Below are positions 10,858 through 26,494 of a stretch of 64,000 nucleotides of DNA, piece after piece. How positions within the stretch are numbered: position 1 is the first letter of the stretch; each line of letters opens with the position of its first letter. The notes under the pieces are model-generated. The model did no database searches and was not told the DNA's origin. It saw only the letters and a program-made list of their open reading frames with translations. A program made the translations under genes and the position numbers. Source of the stretch: Strigamia acuminata (Eukaryota); NCBI GenBank assembly GCA_949358305.1, contig OX442314.1, positions 2,418,001-2,482,000 of the forward strand. The letters are read 5' to 3'.

Positions 10858-12918
10858 CGGGAATAAACTGAACAAAACAAACAAGAAAATATTTTTAAAA
10901 AACTACGTCATTTAGAGAAAGGCTTGAAATTTTTTTAAAATTATAAATCGTCGCCAGAGTGCACCACTATCGCACTTTCTTTTGTTTACCAACAGCTGAA
11001 AATCGCCAGTAAAAGCATAAACTAAAACAGTTTCATAGAGAATTAAATTCTCTACGAAATAAGCCTAGTTTCAGAATTTACCGAAGCCTTTTTCATTTCA
11101 AACAAAACGATTTTAGATTCAAGTGGATAATTTGGCAACCATTTTAGTTTTAGTCGGCACCAGACGGCGCAAACAACGGTGGAAGTTGAAACAAATACAC
11201 AAACAAACGGTCTTGTCAAGGGAAATAAAATCCTTTAAAATAAAGAATTTAGCATTTTTATCTATTTCGTCACGTTATGATGTCATATGTCCACCGCTGT
11301 CGTCATTTTGCATCAATGTATGTAAAGAAACATAATCGCTTTGCAGTCAATCAGTTTTATCGTTTTTCAGTTGACGTCTCTGTCTTATTTACTCGATTAC
11401 TGTGTATATTTAACCCCTTGGAGTGTTTCCAGTTTTTTAAATAAATAAAAATAAAGATTTTTCCTACTTTTTACCGTTGGAACTCGAACAGAAAGCGCGA
11501 ATGGAGAGAAATGTACAGCAAATGGAGAGCGAAAAGAAAAGAAACTTAAGTTGGTTTTAAGTTTAGAAATAAACGGGAGTGTTTGCTCGCTCTGGTGGCG
11601 AAATCGTTCTCCACAAATTCTCAATCGCCAGCACCAATTTTAATCAATGAACGAGCCACACATCAAATTAAAAAAAAAATTCCAATTTGTAGAAAAAGCT
11701 CTTGCAAATTAGAGCATTTTTCAGTTTGGCTTTGTGCCAATCATATGGAATGCGGGAAATTGAATCTCTCTAAATATCAATCTAATATTGGACCACTAAA
11801 CAAAAAAAAATAAACAAAAAAAAAATTCTTTCAGGGGTTTTTTAAGTATCTGTGAAACAAAAAATGTGTACGAGTCAGGAGTTAGAGGAAACTAAATATA
11901 GCTCCGTGCCGTGTTAAGTTTCATAAACAGCAAAGCAAAATCTTTGCCCAAAAATGTAAATTCGCGAGAAAAATTCGATTTTGCTTAATTCCATCACAAT
12001 CTATAGACAATTTTAACAATTTTCCCACCTGTCCAAGTAACCAGCTTCTCCGGCTAGGCCGTACGGCCTCGTCCCGTGCAGATACATCTCAAATTCGATG
12101 GGTTTGCGTCAAGTTTCTTCGGTTTCGGATACACCTGAATGTAACCGTCGTGTGCTCGGCACTGACCATAAAAAGCACTTGGCACACGACTAAATGAAAC
12201 TAAATTTGGAAACTCTGACATAACGATACGAATTAGACCGAAAAATCTCAAAAATCCCACTTGATTTTATGAAATATTTTTATTTTGTCAATAAACCCGG
12301 AAAATGGCGTCGATAAAACGGTCGTAATTTGAATTTGATCGGCATTTTAATCGATCTCCCTCTGTCGTCGATAGTCGTAATCTATTTTAGGCCTAACTGA
12401 AATGACTTAATAGTCGCGAATAAAAATCTCCCTCCGTCCGTTTAATAGCAACGTTTTTCGGCACTAAATACACATTTGATTGATTGATTGACAGATCAAA
12501 GCACGAAAATACACATTTACAAAATCCAATATTTCTAAAAATTTAAAAAAAAAAAAAAAAAAAAATTAAATAAATATATTTTGTTATCAATGTCGACATT
12601 CGTTTTAATCTATTTATCACTGAACTAGAAATATAACATTTCGAGACACGAAACAAAAGAAAACAGAAAAACAGAATAAAGAATAATAAAAAAGCAAAGA
12701 CTTAATTACATAATCATCACAAAAAACGAGCACAAAAATTGAAAAAAAGTCCTAAATGTCTAATTTTATACTCAAATAATTTACAATTAAGCATAGAGCC
12801 AGATGCGAGTCACATGACACCGAGCTTTGTATTTTTTTGTTGTTTTTATCCATCTTTTTTAAATATTTGCATATATTTTATTTTATTATTATTTCTTTAA
12901 ATCTTAAACCCCGATTGG

Positions 12919-14935
<2,017 letters not shown>

Positions 14936-15660
14936 TTTGATATTTCCACTCAGCTCCGAATCCTATCGGCGAATGCGATTGGCTGGCGCGCCCTCACGTA
15001 TCGCGGCCACGAACCACGAGTTTAATGGCCTCCCGTTTATTTATATTTTTAAATTTTTGTTTGCTTCTTTTTTTTTGTTTTTGGGTAATAAAAACAAACA
15101 AATTCGTTCGTAACGGCAAGTACAGTTTTTTTTAATGTAATAAATAAATAGTTTATACCACAATGATATGAAAGATGACGTCATTTCACCCATTTCACGA
15201 CTTTAGAGGCACAAAATTGAAAAAAATGAAAAAATTCTCAACAAAAATCTTTTTACACCCAATATATTATTGTATACAATAACAATATAATCATTGTTTG
15301 GTTTGTAAACGACAAAAATATTCGCTATCGACTGATATGATTCGGAATAACACGCATAAACATCATCTTTTTTGTTTTCCAACGCTAAATACATCAAATA
15401 TTTTTATATTTTTATATTTTTATATATATATTTCGTATTTTTATATTTTTTAAAAAAGAAAACAACTTTATTTTTTTTGTGACACTTGAAAAACGACAAT
15501 AGGTATTGAAAAATAAGAAAATAAAAATAATTGTCGATATTGTTGTACCTCCGCTCGTTAAATCGAAGGACATCGAGTTGAATAATTAAAATGTACAGAG
15601 AGAGACGGGCAAAAGAAAACGAGAGATTAAAAGGACACGAATGGAAGATTGGAGACTCTC

Positions 15661-18600
15661 TCAGCGCGGATCTTCGGGCGAAGAGGTGTCGCCGCCCGAT
15701 CTGGGTTTGACGCGAATGTTCTCCCGGATGTTGTCGTCGATCTGCGGCGTGTATTTCGGGCCGCTCAAACCGCCGGAATGCAGACGAAGCTTCTCGGGAT
15801 CGATTTCGTCGCTTTTCACCAGGAAAAACACGCTGAAGTTGAGTTGTGGAATGTCGCAGAACAAAGTCATGATCAGCATCATGAAAGTCAGGCCGATCAG
15901 GAGATAAACTAAACAAAATATGGACGAAATTAATCAAAAATCGATTTAAATGGACAAAATTTATCAAAAATCGATTTAAAATAGACAAAATGAATCAAAA
16001 ATCGATTTAAAATGGACAAAATGAATCAAAAATTGATTAAAATGGCAGAAAATTAATCAAAAAATGATTTAAAATGGTCAAAATTGATCAAAAATGAATC
16101 GAAAATAGCAAAAAGCAATCAAAAATCGATTAAAATTGATCAAAATTAATCAAAAATTGATTAAAATTGACCAAAATTAATCAAAAATCGATTAAAATTG
16201 ACCAAAATTAATCAAAAATCGATCAAAATGGCAAAAATCAATTAAAGATTCCCAAAATTAACCAAAAATCGATAAAAATAGACAAAATTAATCAAAAATT
16301 GATTAAAAATGGACAAAATTAATCAACAAACGAATAAAATCATCCAAAATTGACCAAAAATCGCTTAAAATTGACTAAAAATCGCTTAAAATTGACCAAA
16401 AATCGCTTAAAATTGACCAAAAATCGCTTAAAATTGACCAAAATTAATGAAAAACCGACTAAAAACGGGTCAATTTGAAAATACCGGAACAAGACACTTT
16501 GTAGAGTGGCCTGAAGGGCTGGTTGGGGCTGTCGCCGGGGATGTAGTCGCCCAATCCGATGGTGGTGAGCGAGATGAAGCAGTAGTAGAGGGAGTCGAGG
16601 AAGCCCCAGTTGGGCTCGAGCGTGGAGAAGACGAACGCAGGGACGATGTAGAAACAGATGAAAATGGCGAGGACGACGACGGCAAGGTGCAACATGCGGA
16701 TGTTGAACGGCTGGTAGAGGTGGCCGAGGCGCGAGTTGAGGAATTGCAAGAAAAACGTGACGGGGATCATGAGTCGTTGCACGAACGACATGAGCAAGAT
16801 CATGTTCAGGGGGATGCCGAGGAGAGCGTAAATTATGCAGAAGATTTTACCGCCTTCCGATAGTGGCGTCACGTGGCCGTAACCTGCAAATATGCAACGA
16901 TTTAATCTTTTTATGCCGCAAATTTCAATTTTTTTCATCAAATAAATTTATTTTACTCAAATTTTAGTAGTTTTAACGGAGTAAATTGAATTTTCGACCG
17001 AATAAATTGGATTTTCAATGGAAATTGAATTTGACGTAATTAATTGAATTTTTGACGTACCGTAATGAATTGAATTTTTGACTTAATAAATTGAATTTCA
17101 GACGTAATGAATTTAATTTCAGACGAATTTTTACGGTAAAAATTTAATTTTAGACAAATTTTTACGGTAAAAATTTAATTTCAGACGAATTTTTACGATA
17201 AAAATTTAATTTCAGACGAATTTTTACGGTAAAAATTTAATTTCAGACGAATCTTTACGATAAAAATTTAATTTCAGACGAATTTTTACGGTAAAAATTT
17301 AATTTCAGACGAATTTTTACGGTAAAAATTTAATTTCAGACGAATTTTTACGATAAAAATTTAATTTCAGACGAATTTTTACGGTAAAAATTTAATTTTG
17401 GACGAATTTTTACGGTAAAAATTTAATTTCAGACGAATTTTTACGATAAAAATTTAATTTCAGACGAATTTTTACGGTAAAAATTTAATTTCAGACGAAT
17501 TTTTACGATAAAAATTTAATTTCAGACGAATTTTTACGGTAAAAATTTAATTTCAGACGAATTTTTACGGTAAAAATTTAATTTCAGACGAATTTTTACG
17601 ATAAAAATTTAATTTCAGACGAATTTTTACGGTAAAAATTTAATTTCAGACAAATGTTTACGGTAAAAATTTAATTTCAGACGAATTTTTACGATAAAAA
17701 TTTAATTTCAGACGAATTTTTACCTATTTTTACGGCATTAATTCTTTTTTTACGGTAAAAATTGAATATTTACCGTAAAAATTCAATTTTTACCGTAAAA
17801 ATTCAATTTTCTTAAATGAATTTATAATTACCTATCGTCGTGATGACGGTCGTGGCGAAGAAAAACGATTGGCCAAAGCTCCAGTTGGGCTCCATCGTCA
17901 CATTGCGAACGGCCGAAACTCCCACGTTGTTCGCATTGATGATCTCAACGATAAACTCCTCCAAAGCTTCATCTTTAAACCCAACAAACAAACCGAATAA
18001 AAAAAAAAAAAAAAAAAAAAAAAAACAATCACTATTACGATCATAATCGCGCGAATCGCACCTGTTAGCGTCGGATGAGCGGCCAGAAACAGCGCTCTCG
18101 TCTCCCTCAATTTATCCGAAACCAGAATTTCATTCGGCGACTCCAAAGACCGAAAAACCGACGCGCCGACCAGCAAATAAGCGAAATAAAACACCGTATA
18201 AATCCCCAGCAACACCGTGCTACGACGAAACCCGCAAACGTGAACTACACGCCTCGGAATGAGCAAATCTCGCTCCATGTTCAACCAAACAAAATTAAAA
18301 AAAAAAATGACTAAAAAATATTCCTAAATCAATTCGCAACTAAAAAAAACGACAAAAGAAATGAATAAAAGCCAGGAAACGCACAATTCGCATCAAAATT
18401 CACCTAAAAAAAGAAAAAAATAACCGTTGGTCAGCTCACGCGCCACAACGATGTCGCCATCAATTGGTAATAAAACAAGGCAAACATCGTGGAAATGAAA
18501 GAGAAAAAAACACGACTGTCCCGGCTGTTTTGTCCTTTCTCTAATCTATCGATCTGACGTCGTCCACAGATGGAGCGATAATGACGCTCCGATTAGATGT

Positions 18601-19069
18601 TATTTTTATTTTTCCGTTTTTTAATCTTCATTTTGAAGAAAAAAAAAATATTTTTTTTTTCTTCAAATATTTTTTTTATTTTTATTTTTAAATATATATA
18701 TATATGCCTAATCGTAAATTAATGGCGAATTAAATGCAACGTGTACGTAGCGTCGTTTTATCAATATTGAACGAGTGCAGAGCAAATGTTTGAGTTGGCA
18801 AACAGCTGGCGCTCACTTTGTGTTATCTGTGTGGACCGCCTATTAAAGCGATATAATTTGCATCTTTTGACCTTTTAGTATCTAAATGTCTCACCGGTGA
18901 CACAGGCATATTTCTGAAGGAATCCGGTCCTCCTATCACGAAGATTTCGGATCTTTTCCACTTCTTTCGGCGCTTCGATGGCGGAAAAGATGGACGCGCC
19001 GATGGTCAGGAAGAGAAGGTAGAATCCCAGCAGAATGAGCACACGGACGTGACTGCGACCCAGACCCAT
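15661..19069 (-). CDS. TWIK-family two-pore K+ channel (KCNK1/KCNK6-like), isoform using the distal first exon 19069-18895
   Basis: Shared exons 17972-17832, 16883-16485 and 15908-15661. Pore 1 is WSFGQSFFFATTVITTIGYG. Pore 2 is FLDSLYYCFISLTTIGLGDY, and GLG is the TWIK signature. Confidence 0.9.
15920..16450. repeat. Degenerate ~21/31-bp intronic tandem repeat (AAAAATCGCTTAAAATTGACC-like)
   Basis: Periodic A-tract array in a K2P intron. Confidence 0.8.
17110..17722. repeat. Intronic minisatellite, 31-bp unit AATTTCAGACGAATTTTTACGGTAAAAATTT
   Basis: About 19 near-identical copies. The unit contains the palindrome AATTTTTAC-G-GTAAAAATT. Confidence 0.96.
18062..18278 (-). CDS. Alternative (proximal) first coding exon of the K2P channel: second M1 + cap helix
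   Basis: Encodes MERDLL...YFAYLLVGASVFRSLESPNE...FLAAHPTLT. Its phase-1 GTGCGA donor is compatible with the acceptor at 17972. Confidence 0.8.
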
Positions 19070-19563
19070 ACTCCATGCGGCTAAACGAGCCTAGGAAATC
19101 GATAGGGATATTAAATTAAATAAATAAATTTGCAATTTTCCTCGCGTTTAAGTCTGAATTATTTAGCGCGGTTTTTCGGGCAGCGGTTGGGCTTGTCCGC
19201 CGAGCTGCGCGCTTTTTTTATTACGGGCCGTTAGGTTTTTATTTATTTTAGTCGCGAGAGAATTAAATCTGCGATTGTTGTTATTTTTACCTCTTAGTGT
19301 TGAAATATCACATCAAATTGTAATTGACGGGTCCGAAGTCGGCCATGTTGCCCGAAACACTGCACTGCGCGGCGCTCGGCGGCGCTGTTGTTAATGTCGC
19401 TCGCGTCGTTGGTGTAAAGAATTGATAATTCCATCAAAACGTTAATATAAATTAAATCTAATTTTAAAAAAGAATTTATTTAATTAAATTTATAGTATTT
19501 AACGATACGATTCTAACGTTGGTTTTTAGCCGTTTTCCGATGATGATGTAAGGAACAACTGTC

Positions 19564-20042
19564 ATGGCGGCCTCCATGTTGATACCGAGAATTTCCCTCG
19601 TCGGTCGTTCGTTGTGCAAACGATTCTTACCGCGTCGTTATTCCAGCTCGGGGAACGTCGAGATCAAATTGAGCGACCGATGCGTGCAACGTCTCAAAGA
19701 CATCGTGTCGGAGAATGAGAAATACCTTCGAATAGTCGTTGATGGCGGCGGCTGTTCGGGTTTCCAATACGTTTTTTCGCTCGACAACAAAATCAATTCG
19801 GACGACTGGTATAAAAATTTTATTTTTAACAAATAAGAAATAAAATAAAATTATTTTTATTTAGTGTCGTAAAAAAAGACGGAGTGGGTGTCGTCATCGA
19901 CAAAATGTCGTTGCAGTTCATGCAAGGCGCAACGGTCGATTATTCGGACGAATTAATTCGTTCGTCGTTCCGGGTGCTCAACAACCCGAAAGCCGAGAAA
20001 GGCTGCTCGTGCGGAGCGTCGTTCAACGTCAAAGGCTTATGA
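19564..20042 (+). CDS. ISCA2: Iron-sulfur cluster assembly 2 homolog, mitochondrial
   Basis: Exons 19564-19808 and 19865-20042. Basic presequence, [39 protein letters not shown]. Confidence 0.93.
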
Positions 20043-20152
20043 TAAACATTTGCGTAGAAGATAGACAAGAAATGCGATAAATAACGGGCAAAAAAAACAA
20101 ATATTTAATAACGTTTTAAGTAGAATTTTTCGTTCCCAGACGGAATGCTTCA

Positions 20153-23100
20153 CTATTTTCCCTTGTGTTTCTTCGTTTTCAACTTGAGCGAATCGATTTC
20201 ATCCTTCTGCGCGCTCAACTTGTCGTTCATGTTGGCCAAATGCTCGCTCATCATGTTCAACTGACCCTCGTAACTCTGCGCAGTTAACGCCATTTCCTCC
20301 TAAATATACGAAAAACAGTTGTACAATTTTCATAAAATAAAATTATTATTTATTAGCACTAAAGGCCAGATATTTATGCAAAAAAAAATTTTATGCCGTG
20401 AAAGTAGAAAAATCTGCAAAATCAAAGAAATACCCATTTGTTACAGCAATGGTACATGGTGGAAATTGTAAAATATATGCATAAATCGCCATTTTTCCAT
20501 AATCATAGCGATTTATGCATTTATTTTATCAATTAATGCATTTACCGCCGTAGCACGACACCACCGCCATGTTTTTCCGCCAACTCCGTAACCGCCAAAC
20601 CATTTCTGCCAATGCAGTTCAGCAAAGTAACTACAGCAAATGCAATGGAAATGCAATGGAAATAGCAGCAACAACCGCAAATGATAGAAAAAGACCGAAA
20701 ATGTTGCAAAAAATAAAGAAAAAGACAAAAAATGTTACGAAAAATAAAGAAAACGAACGAAAATTGCTTAAAACGTCCACAAATGTTGCGAAAAATAACG
20801 AAAACGACCGAAAATGTTGCGAAAAGAACGAAAACGACCGAAAATTGCTAAAAACGATCCAATATGTTGCGAAAAGAACGAAAACGACCGAAAATTGCTA
20901 AAAACGATCCAAAATGTTTCGAAAACGACCAAAAACGTTACAAAAAATAATGAAAACCTCATGAAAACGACCGAAAACGTACATTTTCGATCGTTTTTAG
21001 CAATTTTCGGTTGTTTTCGTTATTTTTGGCAACATTCGTGGACGTTTTCACCATTTTCGTTCGATTTCTTTATCTTTCACAACATTTTCGGTCTTTTTCT
21101 TTATTTTTTTCGTCATTTTCGGTATTTTTCGCAACATTCGTGGACGTTTTCAGCAATTTTCGTTCGTTTTCTTTATCTTTCGCAACATTTTCGGTCTTTT
21201 TCTTTATTTTTTGGTCATTTTCGGTCATTCCATTAATTTTCGGTCATTTTCGGTCATTCCATTAATTTTGGGTCATTTTCGGTATTTTTCTATCATTTGC
21301 GGTTGTTTGCTGCTACTTCCATTGGCGCCCCTTGCATTTGCGGTAATTACTTTGCTGAACTGCCTTGGCACAAATGGTTCGGCAGTCATGGGGTTGGCGG
21401 AAGTAATTTGGCAAAAAAAATCGGCAAAAAAAATCGGCGGTGATGTCGTGGAACCATTTACCGCTTCTTGTAGGAGCCGGGACCCGTTTAAAATACTTTT
21501 TTTCTGCATTTAAGCCTTTCTCCGGTCGTTATTTATTACTTTGAGTTGAATAATATTGGAATGCGATGCGCCTAGCTGTTCCACGACTTGCGCGCGGTTG
21601 GTATCGGCCAATTGCAGTCGTCGCTGGAGGCTGACCAGCTCCGCGTGATAAGCCACGGCTTTACTGTCGGCCATTTGCATCTGCGCGATCAACTCCTTGA
21701 TGTGCTGCGTGAAGTAACTCTTGATCTCCGACTCCCGGTTGTCGCCGAGGCTCGGGTTGGCGGTGTCCAGGCGCCCCATGTGCACGGCGGTGGTCGGCGA
21801 GCCGTTGTGCATCGCGTTCGAGTACAAATTCAAAACTTCGTCGGTGCTGGACCCGCTGCTGATGTTGGAGATGGCGTCGCCGCCGCCGCGCAGTTGTTCC
21901 TCGAGTTTCTGCAGTTTTTTAATATCTTTCTCGTGTTTGATCTGCAGCAGTTGGAACTCGAGCATCCAGTGTTCTTTGGCCTGTTCCAACTTGCTCATTT
22001 TGTCTTGACTAGTTGCGAGCTGTCAATCAAATTAAATTTAAATAAAAATAAAAATAAAAATAAAAATAATTTTTAATTTTTTTAATTTTAAATCACTTGT
22101 CTGGCTAAGCTTTCTCGACTTTCCGTCGAGCTGAGCAAAATTTGTTGATTACAAAGCGCTTCGTGATATGGAACGGTTTTCGGCGCTTCCGTTTGTATCT
22201 GCGTCACGTAGTTGAGCGCGCGTTGCTTGAATCTGCCGACAGCGGGCGACGTTCTCCTAGTCAAAATGGCGTCGTCGTTTACGCATCCGAGTCCTTCGGT
22301 GATGAGCGAATGTTTGGATTTCATCAAACTCGACAACTGCGAATAAAACAAACACAATTTCTCGTCTCGCTCGACGCGTATCGACCAATTACTTTCGCCG
22401 TGGACGTGACGAGCGATATCATGGACGATAAAACGCATTCGTCGGTGCTGCGCAGCTTCTGCGTGGACGTGGGCAGTTGATGTTCGATGGAAACTCGAGC
22501 GTTGTAGTGAACGGAGGCTTCTTTGATCGTGTTGTGAAGGTCGGTCAAAGCTTGCACCAACAGCGAGAGGAGTTTTTGCTGCGAAGACGGCGGGTGGCAA
22601 CACGACCGCTCGCTCTGAGCGGCCACTGCGAGCACGTACGTGTCGAGTTTGTTGAATGCGGCCGTGATTCGCGACAAAGACGAGTGGAATTGCATGTTTT
22701 TCGCCTCCAACGTCGGCGTACACGACGACGACGAACATTCGTCTTCGATACTATGAAAAAAAATCAAAAAAATTAAAAGATTTTCGAAATTTTCGGCAAT
22801 TTTCGTCCGAATATTGGCAATTTTCGACGATTTTGGCCAAATTTTGGCGATTTTCGACAATTTTGGCCAAATTCCGGCGATTTTCGTCTGATTTTCGCCG
22901 ATGTTGGCTACATTTCGGCGATTTTAGTTCGAAATTTGGCGATTTTCGTCGATTTTGGCCAAATTTCTGCGATTTTCGACCGATGTTGACCAAATTTCGG
23001 CGATTTTCGACCAATGCTGACCAAATTTCGGCGATTTTTAACCGATTTTGGCCAAATTTCGGCGATTTTCGTCCGATGTTGACCAAATTTCGGCGATTTT

Positions 23101-25590
23101 CGTCCGATGTTGACCAAATTTCGGCGATTTTCGTCCGATGTTGACCAAATTTCGGCGATTTTCGACCGATTTTGGCGATTTTCGACGAATTCCGCCGATT
23201 TTGGCGATTTTCGACGAATTCCGCCGATTTTCGGCCAATTTTCGTACCTCAGAAGGCAATACGGGAGTAATTTATTCAGATAAGCGCAATATTTATGGAA
23301 TTTCTCCGAAAATTGTCGCAATCCGACGGCGGTTTCGAGTTTGACGAAGCAGTCGTCCTCCAAACTGCGTTGAAATGACGCGAAGGCGTGTTGGAGCGGT
23401 CGCAAACGACCGGCGTTCTCGTGCAAATGCGCCGCCAGTTTGGCGTGCACGTGCTTGAGCGGCCGGTCGTCGTGGTCGTCGGCGCAGAGCAGCACGCGCT
23501 GCTCGGTGTACGTGTGGAAATTGGACAAACTGGTGGCGAGGTCGCGAACGAGCGCGCCCACGTGCCCGATCAACTCCTTGACGCGCGACTGGTGCTTGCG
23601 GTCGAACGAGGGAATGTTGAGCGCGTTCAACTCCTGGTCGCTCGTGTCGTTGAAGCGCACGTGCTCGCGCACGACGCGATTCGCCGCGTCCAGTCGGCCG
23701 CCCAAATCGACCCGGGCTTGGCGCAGTTGCTGCTCGGCCGCGTCGCTTTTCAGACGCAGTTCGCGCAGTTCCTTCTCCTGCGTTTGACATCGTATCTTGA
23801 AATGACAAGATTAATATTAATTTAATATTTTCGTCCGATTTTCGTTGACTCACTTCCAGTTGGATTTTGTCGTGCTGGAGTTTGTCGATGACCGTTTTGT
23901 TTTGATCGTGGACGCTCTGTAATGCGCTGCGATGGTGTTTCGCTTCCTCGTTGACTGAGTCCAAACGCCGCGTCAATTCGTCCACTTCCCGCCGCTGTTT
24001 CTGCTCCGTCTCCGACAGCTGTGCGATTAAAAATGTAACGTGAGATACGTGGGCGGATCAAGAGAACGTAAGGGGGGAGTGGCCATTTTGGTTTAATTCT
24101 TAACCCAAAAATTTAATGTTTTTGACCAAAAGTTGAATCTTTTTAACCAAAAGTAGGACTTTTTTGGTCTAAAATTGAATGTTTTTGGCTTAAAAAGCGA
24201 ATATTTTGGTTCTCAGAATTTTGGGTCCTTAAAATAAATTTTTGATCCACAAAATCAAATCTTGATCCACAAAATCAAATTTTGATCCACAAAATCAATT
24301 TTTGATCCACAAAATCTATTTTTGGTCCATAAAATCAATTTTTGATCCACAAAATCAACTTTTGATCCACAAAATCAAATTTTGATCCACAAAATCAATT
24401 TTTGATCCACAAAATCTATTTTTGGTCCACAAAATCTATTTTTGGTCCATAAAATCAATTTTTGACCCACAAAATCAATTTTTGACCCACAAAATCAATT
24501 TTTGGTCCATAAAATCAATTTTTTGATCCACAAAATCAATTTTTTGATTGACAAAATCAATTTTTGATCCACAAAATCAATTTTTGATCCACAAATTCAA
24601 TTTTGAAACCCACAAAATCAATTTTTGATCCACAAAATCAATTTTTGATCCACAAATTCAATTTTGAAACCCACAAAATCAATTTTTGACCCACAAAATC
24701 AATTTTTGGTCCATAAAATCAATTTTTTGATCCACAAAATCAATTTTTTGATCGACAAAATCAATTTTTTGATCGACAAAATCAAATTTTGATCCACAAA
24801 ATCAATTTTTGATCCACAAATTCAATTTTGAAACCCACAAAATCAATTTTTGATCCACAAAATCAACTTTTGATCCACAAAATCAACTTTTGATCCACAA
24901 AATCAATTTTTGATCCACAAATTCAATTTTGAAACCCACAAAATCAATTTTTGGTCCACAAAATCAACTTTTGATCCACAAAATCAATTTTTCCCCCAAC
25001 GAAATGAAACCTTTCCATTTGCAGCATTCAAGCACGTTACCATTTGATGAAGCCTCGCATTTTCTTCAATTTTACTCCCGAGTTCTTCATTATAAATCAA
25101 ACTAACCGAGCCATCGCCGCCTTTGGTCTGTAAAACACACCGTAAAATCATCCACCACATTCCCCCTAATTTCTCAACATTTAACTCGCACTTTGTTCTT
25201 CTTGGGTTTGTTCGCGGCCTCTAATTCGTCCTGCAAGACCGTCACACGTTTGGCCAATTGCTGGTTGCGGAACGTCAAACTGTCGATCTCCTGCTCGTAT
25301 TTCCGGATGCACAAGTCGCGGTCTTTGACACAATCCTGCGCAAAACATTCCCAACACTCTTATCAATCAGAAATGATGAAACATCGACGTCGACTCACTT
25401 TGAGCTCGCCCACTTTGCTCTGCTCGTCGAGAATCGCCTTCTTCAGCACTGAAAGCTGAGCGCGCGTCTAACAACAGACCGAATTAAAATTAACAACGTT
25501 TCTCGTTTCAAATTCAAAACCTTTTACTTTCGAGTATTCCGACGCGACCTTCTGGTACTTGGTGTGTATATCGGTGCTGTTGCTTTCCAT
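20153..25590 (-). CDS. PPP1R21: Protein phosphatase 1 regulatory subunit 21 (CCDC128; FERRY complex)
   Basis: About 10 exons: KYQKVASEYSK, EQEIDSLTFRNQQLAKRV, FNDT..LNALNIPSFDRKHQ, VPYHEAL..LLSSTESRESL, ADSKAV, SYEGQLNMMSEHLANMNDKL. Confidence 0.9.
20549..21455. mobile_element. Mutator/foldback-like element with ~430-bp inverted arms and a 9-bp TSD
   Basis: The arms are reverse complements around ~20980. ATTTACCGC is duplicated at 20540-20548 and 21456-21464. It appears nested in a hAT-like remnant (~20360-21531). Confidence 0.8.
22790..23245. repeat. Intronic minisatellite, ~31-bp unit GACCAAATTTCGGCGATTTTCGTCCGATGTT
   Basis: Tandem array in a PPP1R21 intron. It produces spurious repetitive ORFs. 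Confidence 0.9.
24240..24992. repeat. Intronic minisatellite, 20-21-bp unit TTTGATCCACAAAATCAATT
   Basis: About 36 copies. Confidence 0.95.
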
Positions 25591-25654
25591 TTCCCGACCT
25601 ATGAGGATTTCCACTCGACACCATCTAGCGGCAAAAGGTTAAACCACTCGCAAA

Positions 25655-26299
25655 ATGGCGCGCATGGTCGGTGTTTACAGGAGGTTCTCGACCCAAATTG
25701 CGCACCGGGCGAATAAACTGCTTCCGTTCGTGGTGGACACGCGAGTTGCGAAGGACGTCACGCTCTACCAGTACGAAAACACGCGATTCCATCGACTCCT
25801 GTCGTTTTTCGCCGTCGGACAGTTCCTATTTTGGTCGTATTTGTCGCATTTCGCGTACACGTGTTTGCGCGATACGCCGGTGAGAGGAAAACCGATCGCG
25901 ACCGATCGGGAGAAATTAGAAAAAGCAGCGCCGTTTTGGAGGAGGATAAATATCGGCGAGAACAAGTACAGATACGGACTGACGGTGCTGTGCGCCAGCA
26001 TCGGATACGTGATCGTGACGGGCGCGTGGCTGTTTTCGTTCCGTTCAGTGCACTCGCTCGTGCTGTTGCGCGGCGGCGACAAACTCCGCATCGTCACGTA
26101 CAAACCGTTCGGTCTGCGCCGCAATTTGCACGTGGGCGTGCACCAGACGGCGTGTTTGCACTCGCGCAACGACGCCACCTCGTTCCTCTCGCTCAAAGTG
26201 CAGGGACGCATGATGTATTTCTTGATCGACAAGAGCGGCACGTTCGCTAATCGCCAGTTGTTTGACCACACCGCCGGCATGAAACGAGTTTTCAAGTAG
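25655..26299 (+). CDS. TMEM223: Transmembrane protein 223 (mitochondrial), intronless
   Basis: 214-aa ORF with KDVTLYQYEN..FFAVGQFLFW, two TM segments, RSVHSLVLLRGG and FLIDKSGTF..LFDHTAG. Confidence 0.85.
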   Translation: MARMVGVYRRFSTQIAHRANKLLPFVVDTRVAKDVTLYQYENTRFHRLLSFFAVGQFLFWSYLSHFAYTCLRDTPVRGKPIATDREKLEKAAPFWRRINIGENKYRYGLTVLCASIGYVIVTGAWLFSFRSVHSLVLLRGGDKLRIVTYKPFGLRRNLHVGVHQTACLHSRNDATSFLSLKVQGRMMYFLIDKSGTFANRQLFDHTAGMKRVFK

Positions 26300-26494
26300 A
26301 CTGTGTGATGCACAGGGGTCGTTAAGCTTTTTTTGGGGCGAGAAACAATTTGTTTCCCTCGCAGCAAAAATTAAGACTATAGAATTGTTAGATTTTTTTT
26401 TGTATAAAATTGCGCTTTTTTGCAAAAAATTGTATTTTCTTTTACTAAAATTGGAGTTTTTTTTTACTAACAAGTAAAATTCGATTTTTTTTCG

